Assembly: GCF_022539665.2 (NCBI RefSeq)
Contig: NC_081331.1
Span: 434,001-498,000 of the forward strand
Direction of reading: 5' to 3'
DNA: 64,000 nt
Source: Daphnia carinata
Lineage: Eukaryota
A program made the translations under genes and the position numbers. Position 1 is the first letter of the stretch; each line of letters starts with the position of its first letter. Shown here in pieces: positions 1-13,528 of the stretch. The notes beneath the pieces are model-generated. The model was not told the origin of the DNA. It ran no database searches and was given only the letters and a program-made list of their open reading frames with translations.

Positions 1-3000
1 AATCGAGAACCACCATCTCCTCCGACGCAGGTATCGCCGGGAACTAATCGATAACCTTTGGTTCGATTATAGAATTCGCCTGGCGGACATTTGATGGGCA
101 CAGAGAAAACATCGACAGTAGAATCCGGATCTCGAATGCATTGATTCGTTACTTCATCTTCTTTGAATCCAAAATCACACTCGTAGTCCTCTCGTCGACA
201 TTCGCAATTGGCAACAATAGTAGGACGGGTATAACCTTGGCAATTTAGATCATTTCATTATCGTTAAAAAAAATTAAAATCTAATCAAATCTGATTGTTA
301 CTTTTCCCATTGTAGCAGTTCGAATGAGCCATTCGTCGTTGGTAGCTAAGTTGATGTCCTAATAGACAAGGCCGTCCAGATAAACTGCCGCTTGGCGACC
401 ATAATTTATAATCTTCCTCTTTGCATTCGTATTCTAATAATTTTTGAATAAAAATTTAAAAAATGAATATTTAAAAAATTAATCACAAAACTGAAACTTA
501 CGAAAAGCCGCTTTGAGGTCTACAGTGACAATAATCCATTGGTGACTACCAGATTTCGAGCCAAACATTGTGAATGTTGTTGTGTTTTCTCCGGGTTCTA
601 AATATAAAACACACATTCAATAATTAGAAGAAAAAAAAAAGTATAAGATAACGAACCGGTGATGAGTCCGTAAACGCGCATGGGTTCGTCGATGAATTGG
701 TGCGTGTTCCACGTCTCGCCTTCATCCGTCGAGTAAAGCAATTCGCGAGTAGCAGCATCGGCGCGGAACATCTTGACCGCTACCAGGACCCCGCCGTGAT
801 CTCCCATAGTGTACCAATAGCTACCTTTCAACGATTGGTGCCACGTCAATCCGGCATCCGCGCTCACAAACACTCCCGGGTGACCTATTGAGTTGTGTAA
901 TTAAAGACATACGTAATAGTCATGACTTGCAATGAATTGCAAATAAATACCTTTAAGAGAAGCTCCAATGACGCCAGTAGCTACAATAATTCCCGGCGCA
1001 GAAGAGCTTGTTAAAATCGGGGCCGTCTTGTTAATAGGATAGAGCTGTGACAGTCTTTGACTGAGGTGCAACGAACATCCTTTACTGCGTTGGCAGTCGA
1101 TGGATTGACCCTCGTCATCGTACCTGGGCGGCTGGATAAGTTTCCACTCACCGCCCTTGTCGAAAGTGACAACTGTCACCAAATCATCGGGAATGACGGT
1201 CGTCTTTGTCAGAGCCGTGGCATTCGGATCGCGGAATTGCGAGGCAATGTAAATTCCTCTTAATTTCCCAACTCGATGGATGTCGATAAAGGCCTCGGCT
1301 CCCACATCCTTCAACCAAGAATTGGGAAAAGCTCCTTCCGGGTAGAAATATAGAACTCGTTCGAGCGACAAGGAAAATTGAACTCCCTTCGTGTCGTCAG
1401 GCACGTTTGAAATGTAGAGATTGGTCAACATCGAGTCGTGATTGACGCAAACCATTAATTGGCCTTCGGAAATATCGGCAATATGGAAATCACGACGACG
1501 TAATTTAGAAGGAAAGCTAGCCACCATGAACGGCCCTCTTTTGTAGGAAACAAGTAGGTCTAGATCGCCACCAGGATACCGTCGAGTGGCCAGCATGAAA
1601 TCGTCCCTCAATTCGAAATCTTCCACATTGGCAACGACGACTTTGGCATCATTGGTGGCGGTAAACATGCTGATTGACGATAGGACGATATTATCGGCTC
1701 CCGGTGTTTCGTATTCCACGTATAAGGTGGTCGGTGATGTTGTTACGTCGAGGAACCACGACTTGACAAATTCACGCACTGTCGACCAATCCATTCCAAA
1801 ATTTCGACTGAACCACAACTGTCCAAATAAAAAATTTTACTTTAGATGAGAAATTACGAGTTTAGGGCAGACTTACTCGACGAAGGCGATCCGATTTATC
1901 ATAAGCGATAATAGAAAAGGGTTTCTTCTCATCGAATGTGATGTCTTCGGGAGCAAAATCCAATGGATATGACTGGACCGTATGTACACTGTTTGTTGTT
2001 GTAAACATGTGCTTGTTGGTAACATCAGTAAACACATACTGTAAACAAAAAATTGTATTATTGAAGCGCAAATTTTGTAGTCGAAGGTGTAATATTTACA
2101 TGGCTGTTGACTTTGGGATGGTTAAAGAAACGTCCGATGGATGCTGGCTTGCCATCAGGCAGCAGGAACAGGTGGTCCTAGAAATAACAACGTTTTCCAA
2201 ATAAAATGGTTCTTTTAGATTTAACTATAGATCTTTTTTTTATGCAAACCTTGCGGACAAATGTACGTCCGTAATCGTAGGACACGAAGACGGATGAGGA
2301 GGTATCAGCACTTTGTGTCGGATTTCGAGCAAGGCAAACAACAACATCTGAACCTTCTCCAGCCCAGTGAACAGTCAGCATAAAGTGTGTGTCATTGAGA
2401 GGAAACTGAAATAAAAATCGATAAATCTTAGAATTGGAATTGTACACCTTCTCGAATATTCCTTGTATGATAAAAACACATTTTTGCACAAGAAAAAGAT
2501 ACGACGAGATCCGTGGAGATTGTTCATCCCGGCTTATGCATACAGGATAACAAAACGTTTTTCTGCTTAGATTCTTCAAACGTGATTGAAAAGAATGTTT
2601 ACAGGAATCTAAAAAACATCAGGCAAGCAAAGAAAATCTCTTAACCCTAGTTTGTCAAAATGCCAATGGGGTTTTATTTTCCCAGAAGAGGGGGAGGATA
2701 TTGATTCCTACATGGCTGTTGGGGGCAAGAACAAAGGAAAGAATGATGCAGGCAGCAACAAGAAGGAAACTGAACAATAATCTGAAGTTGGAACAGGAAA
2801 TCACTTTGTACGAGTCAATTACCAGAAAAATAAGATCCTGCATGTTTCTCGAGAAACATTTTACACAAAAAAACGAACTGCTACAGCACAAGAATCAGCT
2901 TCAGAATTAAAGATGCTAATTTATATAAGTATTAAAAAATCATTGCAAAATATGACTCACCACACTAGTACTGTTGGCAGGAAGTGTTGGCAAGAAACCA

Positions 3001-3293
3001 CGAACACTGCCACCCTGTGAGGGTAAAGTTGGAGCTTGTCGCTTTACCCTGCCGTCTTCAATGTGTTCTGAAATATGCTGGTTAATGGAAAAATCTTTTC
3101 CATCACCATACTCATCAACTGGAACGACAATATCTCTTGTTTTTCTGCTATTTTGTTCCAAACTAGTATGAAACGTCAAAGTTTTTCTTCGAAGGTCATC
3201 GGCATTTACGACTTCCGACAATAAGGCGACAACCGATAAAAAAGCAATAGCTCTGTAAAGCCACGACGTGACTGTCTTTTCAGTCGACGCCAT
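1..3293 (-). CDS. SORL1: Sortilin-related receptor (SorLA), N-terminal part: signal peptide, propeptide, Vps10p beta-propeller and 10CC module; runs off the window start
   Basis: Frame-consistent GT-AG exons: 3293-2961, 2405-2250, 2177-2100, 2038-1877, 1818-951, 884-657, 597-502, 433-302, 235-<1. Hydrophobic signal, furin site RVKR, SorLA-type NDTHFMLTVHWAGEGSDVVVCLAR, Asp-box repeats (SYDYGRTF, SRNFGMDW, TFDKGGEW, SADAGLTW, STDEGETW), Cys-rich 10CC (CECRREDYECDFGF...GYRLVPGDTC). Confidence 0.9.
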
Positions 3294-6200
3294 TTCTATG
3301 ATCTAAATATATATGAGCGTGTTGAATTTAAAGAGAGACTGAATGACTTGACAAACGAACGGACGACTTGTCAAAACTGTTTTACAAGGCGAAAGATGTG
3401 ATGCAAGTTTGATACCCTCTTCGAGCGGTGCGTTCGCAAACTGTGAGGTACGCAAACTTTCACGATGAAAATAAATATTTTGAAATCTCGTGTTTTTCGT
3501 TAGCGAGAGTTTTCCTATCTCTAGATAAAAAAAAAAGTAAAATGTTACAACTGACAGTTATCTGTTTCAACCAGATAAGCAATGGAGTTTATAATTAGCA
3601 AAAATCTTGTTGAACTTGCATGAATGAGCTAAACACTCTTTGAAAGCTGACACTAAAATCCTTTTAAAATAAACGACGTAAGTACTACGTATCGAGTTGC
3701 TTTTGCCAACGACGTCGTTGGTTTCATATTTGGAGCCAATGAGTCATCTTTTCAATGGTTGGGGAAAATCCAAAAACTAGCACATTACACGAAACTCGTA
3801 TACTGTCTCGTCATCAAATATACATCCAGCTGGGAATAAAACAGCTGGTCGATAATTTCTCGTGTACATCATGGGGGCAGAAAAAGAAGTCACAAAAATT
3901 TATAGCTTTTCGGAATGAGAGACGAAAAATGGTTGGACACTTTTTCAAAACTGATGACTCTTTCCAGGAGAGATCGACACCGAATCAACAAATCGATAAT
4001 TCGATACTTGCCCTTTCCTTTTTTTTTGAATTTTTTTTTTGTTTGGGGTGTACATATTTGAGAAACATCTTTATCGATTAGACCATCTCGTCCTGCCTCT
4101 TTGATGACATGAATGCCAAATAAGCGGATAGCAGCCAGCATATTATATGGACATGTTCGTTGCATGTTGTCTCCGTTTTGATTGGCAGCACCACGGGGAG
4201 TATGCGACGTACTGTGTGACGTCCACATGAAAGAGTTTCTACACACGTATTTTTAGATTCCTCGTTTGCTATTCAGTTGAACTGGTCTCAAATGTTCAGC
4301 TGGAATGACAAGCATTGTCCTGTCAAATGGATTAATGAGAAAAAAAAACTTCATCATCTCGTCGTAAGGGGACCAGGTGTCCAACAACGTTCTAATCTTG
4401 ATCCGTTCTTTCTTTCTCTATAACAGAAAATTAAAAGATGAAATTTCAATGCTAAGAAGCAGCTGCCGTCACTCCTGTTTGAAAGTTTCATTTACAAACT
4501 TGATCCTTTTTCGTTCTATTGTGAGTTGTATATCGTTGGTGGTTTCCAAGTTCGTGTTGCTGACGCCTCAGCTCATTTTCGCAAATGAGTTACGTCAGGT
4601 CGCCAAAAAAATTTTCCCCTGTATATAACAACCTAAATGGTTTATGCAACCCTTTAAATGGATGTATTTTTTTTTAAATATCCCGATAAGGCCACGGCGA
4701 GACATTAAATCAATGATAGTGAAAGCGGCCGCGCGCAAAGGACGTCATATGTCGTCTTTTGGTTGACAGCGTGAGGATAATCTGATCAAGTTCTTTGCTA
4801 GCCGTATATAAAAATAAAATGTCCATAGATTTAATAACCTCTAGCGTCATGAAATCATAAGCGCGGGGGTGGAAAAAGAGAATCAATCAATAAGCTGACG
4901 ACCAACTTTTATCATCTCTCGAGAGAAAATCGAAAAAGTTTGGCCGTGCAAAAGACGATTCCATCAGTCCGATCGCGTCACACACGGCAAGCTCACATTT
5001 CTATAAGTTGCAACCCTGCACAGAAAGTCACAAGTATTCGGAAAATATCCTCCCACACAAACTTTTTCTTTTTTGATCGAAGAGTGACCTCCAACTTTTT
5101 CATAGTCCTCCCCATCGGGTCGTTAACGTGAAATATTCAGCAACTGCGACGTATGTTAAATTCAACGCGAGCTGGCCTCGTATTTTAGCTACATGCAGAC
5201 AATGAATTATCAAGTGGTATGTGTGTGATTACAAAGGAAGACGGTTCACTTGAATTGTGACCGAGACTACGCACATAAATGATGGAAATCTATTTACAGA
5301 AAACGGATTCAAACATTTTATTCATTAACCGCCTGCAGATGAACGCTTCCGGTAAATTGCGAACGCGGGATCGCCACAACGTGACAAATACAAATCTAGT
5401 TGCGAAATGTTTAAAGAATCAAAGTTTCCTCGTTTTCGAATCTACACTCTTCGTTCACATTCGTGCCACGAAATCCTTCACGGAAACTTGATACGCAGTA
5501 GGAGAGAGCGGGGAGAGAGAGCGGACCAATGGCCGGGTCCAATTGGTAATCCAACTTTGTCATCTGCAGATGTTTGTCATTTCTTTTCCCCACTCCATTT
5601 TCATCGTCATTATGATTCACTCCCGTGTGTGTGTATTGCAAACAAATATGCCGAGAGATGGTATTGACTGAACGCTGTCTGCTACTAAAAACGCAGACGG
5701 ATTGCAGACATCAGAGACACGCCCACATTCGTGATGTTCTCGGTTGCTCTCTCGTCTTTTTCACCACTATATCATTTTTCTGCGTGCGACAAAAATAAAG
5801 AAAACGACTGGACGAGCAAGAAAATCGTTGACAGCAAGCCGTCACCTCGTTCACTAGCTTTTTCATGGTGCAGGGGAAGAACAATGACCATCCACATTTT
5901 GTTTTAAAGTCAATACTTAAAAAGGAGAGTAAAGAAAAAGAGGGTAGATTTTCTTTGAAAATCCTGTGCGACGTCAAGATGTGCACGTAGTCACGATCAC
6001 ACGCACCGTGATACGGCCCTGACGACTGGTGTTGATTATCATATCAACTCCCTTTTTTACAGCATATGATTTCTGATATGGAGAGATCCCTATACATCAT
6101 CCGTAAAGATAAATGTTGAAGCTTATTTAATACGCCCACCCAAATGAAGAATTTTCGTTTAAAAATAAAAAGGGGGAAGGGGTTTTGGACATGTTTCTAT

Positions 6201-7088
6201 TTCGCACTAAATCAATCGAAACAAGACAAAAATGAATACATTTCTATGAAGATTTTGAACCCAAATGTGAATGTTGGGTGGACGCAATGTACATGTAGCA
6301 CCTCGTGTGACGTCAATGAAATCAAAACATCAATTGTAAATAGAATCGTGTGCGATGCAGAAAGTGAAGGGAGGGGAAAAAAAAATTATATTACACGACA
6401 CGTAGCAAAAAAAGAAAATTGATGGACGTTGGGGTCCAAACAAAAAGGAGGAGAGAATCATTCGGCGCATGATCGGGATGGCGGTCCGTTTTCACTTTTG
6501 GTATGACGTGGCGACGAACCCCTCGAGTGAGATGGGTGGGAGGAGAAGAAGAGGCTCAGTCACGAACGTGTCTTAGTCCTCTAAGAGGTGGTAGCGGCAG
6601 CACAAGACGCGTTGATAACGTGTGCAACTGAAAATTATTCATCTACCGAAAGGAAAATTCATTGTGCATTTCGCCATTGGTTTAATTCGCTTATGCCCCT
6701 GTTCCTTCGAAATACCATTTTTTTTTAGTGACTTTGTTTCGTTTTGATTTTGTGTTTCAAAAAAAAAATCGTGACGAGTGAGCGTGAGTCCCGAGTTTTC
6801 CGTAAGCCATACTATGCGGCAGCTGTCAAGTGCTGCGTGACGTGCGCAGGTGCATCCGCATTCTGAAAATCTATTTTCCTTTTTCAAAAAATAAATTCGA
6901 CAGTATTAACTCACGTCTGTTCATCAACCAAAGTTTATTTCACACGTGTCCCGTAAGTGCGAAAACGACAAGAGGCTTGATTAGCGAAGACTTCGTATCT
7001 GTGATTGACTGTCCCTGTATGTTACAGGAGGGAAGGAAAGGGAAAAAACTTGGCAGATAAGGCAAGAAGGGGTGGGTACCACCCAATT

Positions 7089-7109
7089 CATCATCATCAT
7101 CATCATCAT
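7089..7109 (+). repeat. (CAT)7 microsatellite just upstream of the globin ATG
   Basis: catcatcatcatcatcatcat read directly; it produces the spurious poly-His in ORF 7005..7388. Confidence 0.85.
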
Positions 7110-7132
7110 CGTCACGAATTATCCCGTCATCA

Positions 7133-10100
7133 ATGGGTTGTGTTCAGAGTCAATCAAACGGGCAAACGTCCAAGGACAAAGGAGCTGCTTCAGTCATTGG
7201 TGACAACAACGGACAAGGTGGAGCGTCAGCCGTCCAACTTGACCCTCGTTTACCGCTCAATGCCCGTCAAAAATATTCCATGTTGGCTTCCTGGAAAGGC
7301 ATCAGCCGGGCACTTGAACCCACTGGCGTCTACATGTTTATCAAGTAAAAACGATTTGTTCATTCTTTTTTGTTCCTTTTCTAGCTAAGAATATAACGAC
7401 GCACAATTCAGGCTATAGCCTTCGTGTTTTTCTCAAGAGGATTTTGAAGTGATGCACGCAGATTTGAACCGTACATCATGTCGATGGTGCATATAAAACA
7501 GCATTTCTAAGCCACAAAAGCGGATGATTACAGAGACTTTGCAAGTTAAAGCTCAGCTTGGCAATGCAAGCCATTGAGTAGATAACAGAGTGCGCACAGT
7601 GACGATCATCTCATATAAAATAGCTTATGTGTACACATCTAGCTCGTTCAAGTTGTGTGCTACCCGTGTCAAATCCCGCGACGAACATACGAAAGTTTGT
7701 TATTCACGCAACCAACGATTATCTGTGGCTTAATAGACACATGTTTATACTCTCTGCTCAAACAGATTTGACATCGTTTCTCTGCTAGATCGAATAGCGC
7801 GATGCGTCATAAAACAAAACCTCCAATGTAATTGCCGTTCTTTCAATTTCTTGCTGTTGACGATGGCTAACCACAGGTCATCGTGTCTTTGCTGCCATTT
7901 GTGCGTTGTTATCCGAGCGTTGCAGAAATTCGACGGTAATTCAATACCACGTATGGCTACCTTTAGAGCGGGGCATCACCGTCGAACCTCATTATCCGCT
8001 TCGATGATTGGAGACTTGCTTTGATCTTTCATAATCGATCTAGCGGTAGAGATGCGTGACTTTATGTCCAAACACGGAACCTCAGAATGACGGCGGGGAT
8101 TCTCGTTTTCCACGTACATCCAGTAATATCTGACGCAGATTGATGTCATTGAACATTGACGGCTTCAAGAGATTCCGTTGAATTACGGGAAAATTTGATT
8201 TGTGGAACGCTCAATGAGTTCCACATTGTGATTCCAACCTTAAGGTCATGTATTGTTTGCATCGGGTTTTTGTGGATATACTGTTGCTAAGTGATAAATG
8301 ATGCGAATCGCGGATGACGCGCGATGGCGACTCCCATGATGTTACATTCACGAGCCACTATCAGTCGATGGACTTTCACATTATACAATATAGAATATAA
8401 TTTACCATCTGTTTATACGTTCGAGTTGCATATTTATATGTTGCACATACAACATGGATAGCCATCGGGTCTATTGGGATGCAATCCATTGGGTGCAAGA
8501 ATTCTCCTTTATTTTCACATCTTCCATTTTCATCATCATCTTTATTGCGTATAGTGGAGTACAGTTCTATCTGATGTGGAAAATTAAAAAAAAAAAGGCC
8601 AATCCGTGTTAGAGAGACATGTATATTTTTTGAATATCCTCGTATTTCTATGCATGTGAAAGATGTGTAGCGTTGTGCCAACTGACTGGGGAATGTTCTT
8701 TTGTTACGAAGGCTCTTTTATCGATTTTTCTCTATACATATAAAAACTTTCTTCTTTCAACAAAACGAGTTTCCCTCTTTTTTTTTTTTCTTTCTGGGCA
8801 GTATCACAGAAGGCTTAATATTTGCCGTTCTTTATTCTGCGATCGACTCAACTTTGCCCTGTTACTCATTAATACATTTCTAATGAAACACAACCAGGCC
8901 TACATTTTGCTGCGATAATCAGCGCCGTTCGTCGTTAATTACAATTCCACTTACGAACGTCATTTAGCACTAGCATACTTTCGGCTTTTTTTTCTTTATA
9001 TTTCTAACTTGTGTGCTCAAAGTTACGTTTCCAATAATAGTACGTTGGCCAGAAAACCAACCAAGGTAGGGGGTATAGCTTTTTATGCACACACACATCA
9101 GTCACGCTCCTGCCGGCAATAAACTCTAGAATAAAACACAACAAATATCTTTGTGTATCTTTTACACCCACCCTGCAACCAACACCTCATATCCGTATAG
9201 AGGAATAGATATAAGGCACACACACACAAAAATGGGATTCTTTTTTCGTCTACATCTTCCGTGTTACGCAGTTCAGCCGCGTTACAAAACACACAAGAGT
9301 ATTGATCTGTTGTCAGTGCCGTATGCACAGTCTGCTTCTCTGTTATATAGGGTTCGACCCATTCTTTGCCCCTGCTGCTATGCGTGTAGAGGGGAGAAAG
9401 TGAAGCATCTGCAGTGTATATACACAAAGAAGAGATGCTGTGTAGATGCTTCAGTTTGTTGTTATAAACGTCGATCCCTATCACAGTGCATCACAGATCC
9501 CTTTTGATTCTATATGTCCGATCGAGTATACGAGATTCGATAACAACAGATTTAGATGACATGACGGCCGTAGTGGACATCAGCCAAAAAAAAACAAAAC
9601 AAGAAACTAATTGATTAATTCTATTTACAATCAAGCTTAAGAAAGAACAAATGATGGAGGACGCTACACATGTATAGTAATTAAAAGAATCAGTTGATTT
9701 CAAATTGAATTCAACACTATGTGTGTCAGTTCCCTTTTTTGTTAGAACGTGATTGAGGCGTAATGCTCAATCAAGGCCTTTTAATAAATATATAAACAAG
9801 GTACTCAATCAAGTAGGATTCTTGATTGCGCCCGGACGATATTTCCGTGAGCGTTGCTCTGCCTGATTTTCAATTACAGGTCTATTTAGCGCGTACAACT
9901 ATATATAGAACAGCAGCCGCCTATTTATTTTCTTTACGCCTTTGACAACTAATCAAGCCGCTCTTTCTTATTGTATTTGTGTTATTGTAATTTATACGCG
10001 TATATCTAATGATGTTTGTATATATGTCTCCTTTCTTTATCGTACACGTGTACGTAGATTAATGATGTGTATTGAAAGATACGATACGCAGAATCTGTTG

Positions 10101-13100
10101 AAATGGATGTTGAACGATCGTGCTGAGAACAACCAGAATAAAATGCTAAGTAGTCTTCGGGTGCGTTTCAAAGAAATCGTACATTATTTTCTGCCGATTT
10201 CTTTTGATTTGTGGAACTCTATGTAAATATTACACAACAACTCTGAGTCAGCGAATATATACACCATTCTTGGTTACGTAAATAAAAAAAAAAGGGAGAA
10301 CATGTAGGGGAAAAAGGGAATACAAGCACATCAGCAAAATACAAACGGACAGAGCGACAGTGGCAACAGCTAGACGTGATAGATATACACTGATGTATCA
10401 GAAAGGAAATAAACTGAAAAAGACTATTTGTTTCTTGCTTCGTTCGTTTCATACACTGGGCATTTACATGGTAAACAAACAAGAAGCTTTAAACGCATAC
10501 AAATAAAATGGTTGTGTATATTTTTTTTATTTAAAGTAATTAATTGATCAACATTTAATAGCATTTATGAGCTTATTTTTCATGTACAATCGTCATGTTA
10601 CACTTTATAAGTTTTATTAGAAGCTCGACGGATTAACGTATTAACTTTGATGAGCTCTCTGCACCATGGGCTTATGATCAACGATAGCTACAATAATTTT
10701 TGCATTCGTATAGCCTCATGCTTTTTTCATTTAACTGTTCTTAAAATGATCAACTTAAACTAAATAAAATTTGTTTGTAGCTTTGACTTAGATTTGATGT
10801 TTTGAGAAGAATAAATCCTGTGCGCCTTTGTAAAGCATTTGTTTTAAACGACTCTCCAGTTGTTGGATGTCTGCATTTATGTATGCACGGATATGTTGTC
10901 CATGTCCGTAGAGAACTAGGCCTTTCGGCGGTATCCTTGTGAATATAGATACAAAAGCAGCTGTACATCTATAAAATATCGCAAAAGGGAAGCTATATAT
11001 CTAGAAGAGATAGATTCGATCAGTATATATATATGCAGCACTATAATTATATACCTTACGTATACAAAATTTATGTACGTCTCTCTGTATAGGAGAGTGA
11101 AAAGCGACAAGGCCATCGGAGGCTTCTCTGCCTGATTACATACGCATCTCTATGTTTTTATCTCTACATTTTGAAGATATGTATTTTGGTTTGCGTGCTG
11201 TACTTTTATAACGCAAATGAAATTACATAGGCATTGCCAAAGAGGTTATCGGGTGCGTTTGTTGTTATTAACGAGTTCGCGTGTTTTTTGGTGGAGATTG
11301 TGACATGAAGTATGCAGCAATATCCAATTAGTGCAGAGTGGTGCAAAATGGTAGCATCAGCTGAGCGTGGGTGGCCTGTTAAATTGTTAATGTTGCAAGA
11401 ATTTTACGTAGAGAAACAGCCATCAAATGACAATTGAATTAGATTCAAATGCGATATATCAAAAAAATCGGTTTTCCTTATACCACAAAAAAAAAAATAG
11501 ATTTAAGTACGTCGTAAAGAAAACCTTTCAACCCGATTTGCTGTTCTTCCTTGTCATGGGAAAAATATTGATTTTTTTCTATTGCCACGGGCAACATTCA
11601 ACGGGAATTTATAAAATTCCCGCATTTTTTTCCCCGTATACGCCCAAGAGGCGTTTATCATACACAAAAAAATTGCAAATTTCATTTACGCATCGTTATC
11701 AAATGTAAACAAAAAAGGCACAACCTGACGAAAATGACATGCTCTATTTTGTTGCAAAAAAAAAAAAAGACCGCTGTACCCATTGCCAGGGAGAACGCAT
11801 TCGATCTATTGGCTCAATAGCACCAACAAGAGAAATCTATGTATTTTAGAGTGAAAGACGGAAAGAATTCAAGAAAAGGAACCTGCCGGAACAGGCTCAT
11901 CGGCGCCATTTCCGGCATCATGCCAGAAAGCCATTTGACAGCAATATCACCCAGAAAATGACTAAAGGAAATATATAAGAATAGAGCCGTCCCGTCTATA
12001 TAGGAAAAAAAAAAAAAGGCCAAGGGGTGGAAAGTGATACAACCTCTCCAATGAAAAGAACAAAGATGTATCTATCGTCGACGGCTATATCACGTGGAGA
12101 CATTTTATTGATAGAAAAGTCTATAGACCATCTATGCACATTCAACCCGACTTCCTTCCTTTCTCCTATGAAACAAATACAAAAAAAAAAAAAGACGAAG
12201 CTTATACCACGATACGTCTATATATATATACTTTCATAGATTTAAGATTAAAGAAGGTTTAAAAAGGTCAAACGAAACGAAGGTTAATCGATTTCCAATT
12301 GTTGACACATTATATCCATGCAGAAAGGGAATTTCAATTGCGTTGCTGCAACGGCGTCTACAGCCGAATTCTAATCAAATGTACAGCCATAACATAAAAG
12401 CGGATAACTCGCAGTTGAGCTGACGTGGAAATAATCTATATAGGCGTGTTAAAGGAGCTATATACCATTGTTAATGTTGCTGATGAAATTGCTTTCATCG
12501 CTCAGATGCGATCAGAGCTTGTCCGCAACCTCTTTTGTTGCTATCGTAAGCCTCTACGGACCGCTGCTGTGTCGTCTATATATTACTATACTTATTCGAT
12601 AGATCAATGCCACGGCAAAATATTTTCAAAAGAGTTTTCCTTTTGAAAATAAAAATTTCAATGACGAACAGTAATCTGATAATGGATTGACTATCGAATG
12701 GGTTTCAAACATTTGAGGCATATACAATTTGAATAAAAGCTATCCATCAGCAAATATTGTATAATATTCAAATGCAATTGAATTAGTAGTCGTATGCGGA
12801 GAACATGTGTCTGCATAAGTCGTGATTAAATTTCTGTCTATTCGAACGAGAAAGCAAAAAGGCCCAAAACGTTGTTGAACGCCTTGTCTTGCTGCGAGGA
12901 TGGCCAACGTATGCAAAACACTTTTGCGAAACGTCCAGTGTGCCCTGAAGGATCTTTTGTTATGCAGCCAATTGAATATAAGAACGAAAAAATCAAAAGA
13001 TGAACAAAAATGCAGGAAAAAAAACAAGATTTTCATATTTATTTTGTATTCATATTTCAGACTGTTTGAAGAGCACAAAGAATTGCTGAGTTTGTTTACG

Positions 13101-13528
13101 AAATTTCATCAGTTGACGACGAGAGACCAGCAGGCCAGCAGCGAAGAATTGGCCGAACACGCGTCATCTGTTATGAACACGTTGGACGAGAGTATCAGAT
13201 CGCTGGACAATGTCGACACGTTCCTGCTCTATCTCCATCAGGTCGGCCAATCCCATTACAAAGTCGCAGGTTTTAAAAAAGAATATTTCTGGGTAAGTAG
13301 TTCCTTTAGTGTTGTTTGATTATTCAACGATAACGCGCAATTATTTTTTTTTTTATTTAGAAAATCCGCAATCCGTTCCTGGAGGCCGTCAAGATGACGC
13401 TTGGCGACCGCTACACGGAGAACATAGAGAACATCTACAAAGTGTCCATCAATTTGGTGATCGAGACGCTAGTCGAAGGCTATGAAAAGGCGCAGCAACA
13501 ACAACGACAAGCATCTCCTTCTTCTTAA
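7133..13528 (+). CDS. Globin X-like / neuroglobin-like globin with N-terminal acylation motif (~203 aa)
   Basis: Exons 7133-7344, 13061-13292, 13361-13528 (612 nt, in frame). Starts MGCVQS; A-helix LASWK; GVYMFIKLFEEH; distal His in LAEHASSVM; proximal His in VGQSHY. Intron positions fit the conserved globin B12.2 and G7.0 sites. Confidence 0.9.

Noticed and set aside
3696..3710. X-box-like GTTGCTTTTGCCAAC near the SORL1 promoter
   Set aside because: One half-site violates the consensus and there is no ciliary context.
7005..7388. 127-aa ORF with poly-His
   Set aside because: TTG start, out of frame with the real globin exon; the His run is just a (CAT)n microsatellite.
7345..13060. Many 60-130 aa ORFs in the globin intron
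   Set aside because: AT-rich, Phe/Lys-biased, no domains or splice-consistent chains; a GGTTCGACCC at ~9351 has no tRNA cloverleaf around it.
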